Assembly: GCA_049286965.1 (NCBI GenBank)
Contig: JBAQEX010000049.1
Span: 1 to 37,965 of the forward strand
DNA length: 37,965 nucleotides
Origin: Microgenomates group bacterium
Lineage (GTDB): Bacteria; Patescibacteriota; Microgenomatia; UBA1400; UBA12108
Direction: 5' to 3'
The translations under genes were made by a program, and so were the position numbers. Positions 33,514-37,965 of this stretch are shown piece after piece. How positions within the stretch are numbered: position 1 is the stretch's first letter; each line of letters begins with the position of its first letter. The notes under the pieces are model-generated. The model was given only the letters and a program-made list of their open reading frames with translations. It did not search any database and had not been told where the DNA came from.

Positions 33514-33831
33514 TTATAAACTCGAATTTAGTATTTGTACTCCTGTAATGACCTGGATAATTTGGATAATCCAGTATGAAGCGAAGAGCACTAATAGGCC
33601 TATTATAGCAGAGGTGATAGTTTTGGTGCCCTCCTGGATTTTACTAGAGTCTCCAGCATGGGAAATGATGGTAAAGCCGCCAAAGATGATCATAAAGAAA
33701 ATGATAAGCCCTGCGGCCGTATAGACGTTTGGCAAGACGTTGTTGATCAAATCCCCAACGCCCGTATAGGTGGTGGTAGCGCTAGAATTTTGGAAGCGTA
33801 GGCAGTCGCCTAGGTTTGTGGGACATGACAT
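33514..33831 (-). CDS. T4SS pilin-like protein (paralog 1, first gene of the array)
   Basis: IFGGFTIISHAGDSSKIQEGTKTITSAIIGLLVLFASYWI. Confidence 0.65.
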   Translation of the reverse strand: MSCPTNLGDCLRFQNSSATTTYTGVGDLINNVLPNVYTAAGLIIFFMIIFGGFTIISHAGDSSKIQEGTKTITSAIIGLLVLFASYWIIQIIQVITGVQILNSSL

Positions 33832-33870
33832 AATGTTGAGTATATACCACTCTAGTATAATCTTTAAAGT
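33832..33870. promoter_or_regulatory. 39-bp divergent promoter region with back-to-back -10 boxes
   Basis: TATAAT at 33856-33861 lies 9 nt upstream of ATG 33871 (+). TATACT (complement of 33839-33844) lies 7 nt upstream of ATG 33831 (-). Confidence 0.45.
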
Positions 33871-34404
33871 ATGAACAAATTGATTGGCGAGGTGATGGGT
33901 GGCAAAAAGGGGGCGGCAACCAGGTTTTACCGAGAATTTGCGCCCTGCGTGCGAAGGTATTTAAATACAAAATTACCTGAGTGCGAGGTCGAAGAAATTT
34001 TACAAGATACTTTTGTCTCGGCGTTTGATTCACTCGCGCTATATAGGGGCGAAGCTAGCGTGTCTACCTGGCTGATCTCGATTGCCAGGCACGAAGTGGC
34101 AGATTTTTATCGCAAGAAATACGTAAGGGAAGTGGTAGAGAAGACCTCGCCCCTATTTGAGAATTTGGTGAGTGAGATCAACTCGCCAGAGTTTGTCATG
34201 AAGAAAAACAGAATAGAGAAAAGATTTTTCGCTTCGTATAGGAGCCTGTCAAAACAGTATCAAGATATTTTGTCGTATCGATATGAACTATCGATGAGTG
34301 TAAAGGAAATCGCAGAGCGAATGGATTTGCCTTTTAAGGCGACAGAGTCACTGTTATATAGGGCGCGCCTTGCATTTAGAGAAGACTATGAAAGCCGAGA
34401 GTAG
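33871..34404 (+). CDS. ECF-type RNA polymerase sigma-70 family factor
   Basis: Region 2 (..ALYRGEASVSTWLISIARHEVADFYRK..) and region 4 HTH (YELSMSVKEIAERMDLPFKATESLLYRARLAFRE). 177 aa. Confidence 0.85.
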   Translation: MNKLIGEVMGGKKGAATRFYREFAPCVRRYLNTKLPECEVEEILQDTFVSAFDSLALYRGEASVSTWLISIARHEVADFYRKKYVREVVEKTSPLFENLVSEINSPEFVMKKNRIEKRFFASYRSLSKQYQDILSYRYELSMSVKEIAERMDLPFKATESLLYRARLAFREDYESRE

Positions 34405-34618
34405 TTTTATTGCAGAGTTGGAAAATAAAGTAGTAGAACAGCAAAGGCTCGCAAATACGCAAATGATCCCAGATTGGGCTAGGGGAGTGGGCAACTGGCT
34501 GGCCACCAATCCGTGGCGAGTGCTCGTGCCAATGAGCGCATTGGCTTATGGCTTGTTACGCATGACATATGGCAGTAGTTTTAGAGAATTAATACTTGGT
34601 TTATTTGGAGGATTTTAA
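34388..34618 (+). CDS. Small single-pass membrane protein, candidate anti-sigma factor
   Basis: Overlaps the sigma gene's 3' end. One TM (WRVLVPMSALAYGLL). No zinc-binding anti-sigma motif seen, so the call rests on position only. Confidence 0.4.
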   Translation: MKAESSFIAELENKVVEQQRLANTQMIPDWARGVGNWLATNPWRVLVPMSALAYGLLRMTYGSSFRELILGLFGGF

Positions 34619-34968
34619 TGATTAAACCATTACATCATTACACCATTAGACCATTTATAAGATGGGGAGCGATGGGCGTCTGGATAGCGTATGTGTGGAG
34701 TACGACCCTAGCGGGGCTCGCCATCCACCCATACCAGTCGGTGAGGCGGATGGTGCTAAATAAACCGATTTTATTGCCCGTGGTGATGTCGCCGCTAATG
34801 GGACTGGTGGGGTTATTTGTGATTGGAAGGGTAGGTAGTTTTGTTTTTACACTCGGGACGATTGGACGAGAAATGGTGGCGCTGGTGTTGGGGAGTACTT
34901 TAATAGGACTTTTACTGTGGCAAGGATTATTATTGTTTTTGGTGGCGAGGTTTTGTCGAGCGCGCTAG
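34618..34968 (+). CDS. Small polytopic membrane protein
   Basis: 116 aa with about 3 TM helices. TAATG overlap with the preceding gene. Confidence 0.5.
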   Translation: MIKPLHHYTIRPFIRWGAMGVWIAYVWSTTLAGLAIHPYQSVRRMVLNKPILLPVVMSPLMGLVGLFVIGRVGSFVFTLGTIGREMVALVLGSTLIGLLLWQGLLLFLVARFCRAR

Positions 34969-34971
34969 AGG

Positions 34972-34998
34972 AATATCACATACCCGGTATGTGATATT
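34972..34998 (+). terminator. Hairpin AATATCACATAC-CCG-GTATGTGATATT after the sigma operon
   Basis: Perfect 12-bp stem starting 4 nt after the stop. The downstream T-run is interrupted (GAATGATTTT). Confidence 0.5.
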
Positions 34999-35025
34999 GA
35001 ATGATTTTGGGGTGGGGAGCGACTA
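34999..35025 (+). promoter_or_regulatory. ECF-type promoter-like module, copy 1 (GAATGATTTTGGGG-N7-GCGACTA)
   Basis: GAAT..17 nt..CGACTA. The -10-like element ends 7 nt before ATG 35033. Confidence 0.45.
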
Positions 35026-35032
35026 AGGGCGT

Positions 35033-35257
35033 ATGAGTAGTTCTGTCTCCAGATATTGGCGAGTGATGAGTTCATTTTTTGCATTAAATAGCGAAACCGT
35101 GTCTTTCACTAAAGCATTAGAAAATGGGTTGGCTCACACTATTATTGAGGCAGCAAGAAAGAAATATGGAGTTGACGGAGAAACTTTAGCTGAAAAATAT
35201 AGATTGAAAAATGGGATTAATGAGGGGGAAGGATACCCCATGAAATTTGAACCATAA
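35033..35257 (+). CDS. Hypothetical small protein (74 aa)
   Basis: ORF immediately downstream of promoter-like module 1. No family recognised. Confidence 0.45.
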   Translation: MSSSVSRYWRVMSSFFALNSETVSFTKALENGLAHTIIEAARKKYGVDGETLAEKYRLKNGINEGEGYPMKFEP

Positions 35258-35276
35258 CATGTGGGATAATAGCTAA

Positions 35277-35858
35277 ATGAATTTGCGCAAAACTGTGGAA
35301 GAGCTAGACAAGAAATATCATGATCGAAAAGTGGTGTTGGTAGATGAGGATGATATAGAACTGGGAATAGGGGGGCTGATCGAGGCACATCGTGATCCTG
35401 GACTAAAACACCGGGCGTTTTCGCTCCAGCTGTATAGAAAGGTGAATGGAAAGACAGAGCTATTGTTGCAGCAGCGAGCTGAGGCAAAGCCTGTTTTCCC
35501 GTTTTATTGGGCCAATACTTGTTGTTACAACCTAGCGCCAGGTGATGAGTATGTGTCGAGTGCGACTCGACGAGCACGAGAAGAGATGGGAGTGGAAGTG
35601 GAGATAGAAACCTTGCAAGAACTCTATAAATTTAGTTATGACGCGCCAGATATTGAGGGGTGGTGTGAGAATGAGCTGGATAATGTAATTGTGGGGGAGT
35701 GGTCGGGCGAACTAAAGCTTAATCCTAATGAAGCGATGGACTCTAAGTGGGTAGAGTGGGGTGAATTAAATAAAGATGTTGAGTTGAATCCAGATAAATA
35801 TGCACCGTGGTTCACGATGATAGTGAGTGACCCCAGATTTAGAAGTGTTTTCGAATGA
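35277..35858 (+). CDS. idi: Isopentenyl-diphosphate delta-isomerase, type 1 (Nudix)
   Basis: HRAFSLQLY..LLLQQRAEAKPVFPFYWANTCCYNLAPGDE..ATRRAREEMGV matches the IDI-1 signature (conserved Cys/Glu region). Confidence 0.8.
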   Translation: MNLRKTVEELDKKYHDRKVVLVDEDDIELGIGGLIEAHRDPGLKHRAFSLQLYRKVNGKTELLLQQRAEAKPVFPFYWANTCCYNLAPGDEYVSSATRRAREEMGVEVEIETLQELYKFSYDAPDIEGWCENELDNVIVGEWSGELKLNPNEAMDSKWVEWGELNKDVELNPDKYAPWFTMIVSDPRFRSVFE

Positions 35859-35879
35859 TTTTGTGATTTTTCCTGTCTA
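35853..35879 (+). promoter_or_regulatory. ECF-type promoter-like module, copy 2 (GAATGATTTTG-N10-TGTCTA)
   Basis: Overlaps the idi stop codon. About 38 nt upstream of ATG 35917, which has a GGAGG RBS. Confidence 0.35.
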
Positions 35880-35916
35880 AGCCTTTACTATTAGGTTTTA
35901 TTTGGAGGATTTTTAG

Positions 35917-36147
35917 ATGTGTAATGATTGTAAGGAATTAATTGGAAGAGGAGTTGTTTTGCCACGAAGAGTCCCAGAACATAGGGCGGCATTTGCAGTC
36001 GATCAGGAGGGGGAAATAGTCATTTTTGAGACGCTTAGTCAAGGATTACTAGCATACGTTGAAGGAGCTCAATTTTTGGCTGTAGTTGATTCAGGTACAA
36101 GACCTGGCCTCTATGATGAGGTTTTGTATATACAATCTAGACCATGA
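35917..36147 (+). CDS. Hypothetical small protein (76 aa)
   Basis: ORF with a strong RBS (TTTGGAGGATTTTTAGATG). No family recognised. Confidence 0.5.
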   Translation: MCNDCKELIGRGVVLPRRVPEHRAAFAVDQEGEIVIFETLSQGLLAYVEGAQFLAVVDSGTRPGLYDEVLYIQSRP

Positions 36148-36148
36148 T

Positions 36149-36427
36149 ATGTGTAATCGAATGATTTTGGGGGAATTGGCGACTATTTTTTTCATGGACA
36201 TAGATAAAATTAGAATAGTATTGGCTGAGGAACCATGGTCAGTTGGGAAGGTGGATGATGCGGCGCGCGGAATGGTTCAGGGGTCGTGTGCCTATGATCC
36301 TCCTGAGTTAAAACTAAAATCTTGGATTGAAATTGCTAGACACAATTCTAAAGGTAACGCGCAGGAATTTGATGCAGAAGTTGAATCTTTGATAGCTCAA
36401 GCATTAGCGGGGAAATTTGATGAATAG
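36149..36427 (+). CDS. Hypothetical small protein (start uncertain: 36149 or 36194)
   Basis: The ORF-track start 36086 is TTG and overlaps the upstream gene. ATG 36149 is the first non-overlapping start. ATG 36194 lies 8 nt after the -10-like CGACTA of module 3. Confidence 0.45.
   Translation: MCNRMILGELATIFFMDIDKIRIVLAEEPWSVGKVDDAARGMVQGSCAYDPPELKLKSWIEIARHNSKGNAQEFDAEVESLIAQALAGKFDE
36159..36185 (+). promoter_or_regulatory. ECF-type promoter-like module, copy 3 (GAATGATTTTGGGG-N7-GCGACTA)
   Basis: Same sequence and spacing as copy 1, and the upstream ATGTGTAATC also resembles copy 1 (ATGTGATATT). Confidence 0.45.
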
Positions 36428-37262
36428 ATTAAATCATATTCCAGGAAAAGTAATACTGGCGGGGGAGCATGCGGTAGTATATGGGAAGATGGCGCTGGCG
36501 ACGAGTATTTCCCTTGGAGTGAGTGTAGGGGTAGTGGAGAACGACTGGAGTCCAAAGAACCCGCTGATTGACAAAGCAATCGAGGTGGCTGGGGGAGATG
36601 AAAACATCCAAGTAAAAATTGTAAGTGAACTGCCGATTGGATCGGGACTTGGATCCTCGGCAGCTGTTTCGGTTGCAACGATACGAGCGGTGCGAGAGTA
36701 TTTGGGTAAACCCATTGATAATGGCGAATTATTCAATCTCACAATGGAATGTGAAAAACTCGCTCACGGGAATGCGTCGGGTATTGATCCGACGACCGTG
36801 GTGTATGGTGGCTTGATTGCTTTTACGAAGGGGCAACCGTTTGAGAGATTGGAAATCAAGAACCCAATCAAGTTATTGCTTGTAAATAGTGGCAAGCCAG
36901 CAGAATCTACTAAAGAAATGGTTGAGCTGGTGGCTAACAATCCAGAGAACAGGCAAGTGATAGATAAAATTGCTAGGTTGGTTGAGGAGGTGCGGGAGAA
37001 ACTAGTGGATGGAAGTGAAGTGAGCGAATTGTTGAACCAGAATGGACTCTTACTGGAAGAGCTGGGGGTGGTGGGGGAGCGCGCAAAGGGGCTAAGCAGA
37101 GAACTGCGAGAGATTGGAGCAAGGGTAAAAATTACTGGAGCAGGAGGAGTAAAAACTGGATCAGGCATGATGGTCGTGATTGCGCCAGAGTACACAAAAA
37201 TTAGAAAATTGTTGGATAATAAACAAATTGATTATTTTGAAACAGTGATTGGAGAAAAATGA
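36420..37262 (+). CDS. mvk: Mevalonate kinase (GHMP kinase family)
   Basis: PGKVILAGEHAVVYG, PIGSGLGSSAAVSVA and HGNASGIDPTTVVYGG motifs. The ORF-track start 36417 is TTG; ATG at 36420. Confidence 0.65.
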   Translation: MNRLNHIPGKVILAGEHAVVYGKMALATSISLGVSVGVVENDWSPKNPLIDKAIEVAGGDENIQVKIVSELPIGSGLGSSAAVSVATIRAVREYLGKPIDNGELFNLTMECEKLAHGNASGIDPTTVVYGGLIAFTKGQPFERLEIKNPIKLLLVNSGKPAESTKEMVELVANNPENRQVIDKIARLVEEVREKLVDGSEVSELLNQNGLLLEELGVVGERAKGLSRELREIGARVKITGAGGVKTGSGMMVVIAPEYTKIRKLLDNKQIDYFETVIGEK

Positions 37263-37965
37263 AAGTAACAGCATCCGCGCCAGGTAAGCTTATGTTGTAC
37301 GGGGAACACGCCGTGGTGTATGGTAGCCCATGTATTGTGACGGCTGTAGACCAGAGGGTGAGGGTAACGGTCGAGCCAAATGGAGAAGGAGAGATCCATG
37401 TGTGTTCGCCAAACGTGGGACTAGACGAATATCACAAAAAAATCTCTAAACTAGGCAAAGATGATCTGCCAAAATCGATGGCTTTTGTCGAGATGCTCGT
37501 AAAGAGGGTGTATGAAAAATATGGCCTAAATACTGGGATACGAATCTCTACAGAATCTGATTTTTCTACTCAGTTTGGATTTGGATCATCGGCTGCGGTT
37601 GTGGCAGCACTTGCAAAAGCGCTTGACTCATATTTTGATCTGAAAATGACAAAAAAAGAAATTTTCCAGGTAGCGTACCAGGCGGTCCTTGACGTGCAAG
37701 GAGTGGGATCTGGATTTGACGTGGCCGCCTCTGCTTATGGAGGCACGTTGTACTATGTGACGCCAGGCGAGGTGATAGAACAGATATATACTGGTGATCT
37801 GCCGATGGTTGTGGGATACACTGGGATCAAGGCAGACACTCCAACACTTGTACGACAAGTGGCAGAACTAAAACGAAATGAAGGCTGGGTAGAGTCGGTT
37901 TTTTCAGATATAAATAACTTGGTGAATAAAGCAAAAACGTTGTTTGAGAAAAAAAATTTTGTACA
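37259..37965 (+). CDS. Phosphomevalonate-kinase-like GHMP kinase (3'-truncated by the window end)
   Basis: My own translation: MKVTASAPGKLMLYGEHAVVYG..GFGSSAAVVAALAKA..GVGSGFDVAASAYGGTLYY.., open to the window end. ATGA overlap with mvk. Confidence 0.55.
   Translation, partial: MKVTASAPGKLMLYGEHAVVYGSPCIVTAVDQRVRVTVEPNGEGEIHVCSPNVGLDEYHKKISKLGKDDLPKSMAFVEMLVKRVYEKYGLNTGIRISTESDFSTQFGFGSSAAVVAALAKALDSYFDLKMTKKEIFQVAYQAVLDVQGVGSGFDVAASAYGGTLYYVTPGEVIEQIYTGDLPMVVGYTGIKADTPTLVRQVAELKRNEGWVESVFSDINNLVNKAKTLFEKKNFV

Noticed and set aside
16466-33831. T4SS-like cluster as an integrative conjugative element or prophage-like island.
   Set aside because: There is no integrase, relaxase, coupling protein, replication or partition genes, tRNA target or flanking direct repeats in the window. 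The cluster directly abuts dnaN and contains the same repeat family as the housekeeping operon. Only the AT-rich central block hints at foreign or fast-evolving DNA.
9004-37262. Alternative genetic code (UGA recoded, as in Gracilibacteria/Absconditabacteria).
   Set aside because: TGA terminates several well-defined genes exactly where the next gene starts (ATGA overlaps at 4244-4247, 9004-9007, 33152-33155, 37259-37262). All recognisable proteins are full length under the standard code.

Overview
This 38-kb window looks like the replication-origin region of a small, gene-dense bacterial chromosome that uses the standard genetic code (TGA acts as a stop in several ATGA gene overlaps). The gene content (DUF4012 protein, T4SS-type pilin array, short overlapping operons) suggests a Patescibacteria/CPR-like organism; that is inference. 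Left part (1-8.3 kb): two convergent MFS transporters, an orphan ORF, a TrmB-like regulator, a TPR protein, rplY (L25) and a 908-aa DUF4012 membrane protein. Middle (8.5-16.4 kb): a long minus-strand operon, rpmH-rnpA-yidD-yidC-jag-(O-antigen-ligase-like)-(Wzx-like flippase)-rnhA. It faces dnaA-dnaN, with DnaA-box clusters on both sides of dnaA (putative bipartite oriC). Right of dnaN (16.5-33.8 kb) lies the main item: a relaxase-less, coupling-protein-less T4SS-like envelope gene cluster. It holds a VirB4 ATPase, a stand-alone VirB4-N-domain-like protein, a PrgI/VirB3-like fusion protein, a PEGA protein, a 950-aa M23-peptidase membrane protein, a 1109-aa orphan on the opposite strand, a VirB6/TrbL-like protein, a 767-aa Cys-rich secreted protein with an SLT-like end, and seven tandem pilin paralogs. 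The window ends with an ECF sigma factor module, small orphan ORFs and mevalonate-pathway genes (idi, mvk, partial pmk). Three layers of non-genic structure stand out. (i) Two families of palindromic/MITE-like repeats are inserted in frame into membrane-protein genes (four copies in one gene) and also fill intercistronic gaps. (ii) A -10-like hexamer recurs 6-9 nt upstream of operon-leading start codons, suggesting leaderless mRNAs. (iii) A ~40-nt ECF-type promoter-like module occurs three times just downstream of the sigma factor gene. All calls rest on reading the sequence and on motif recognition; no database search was run.
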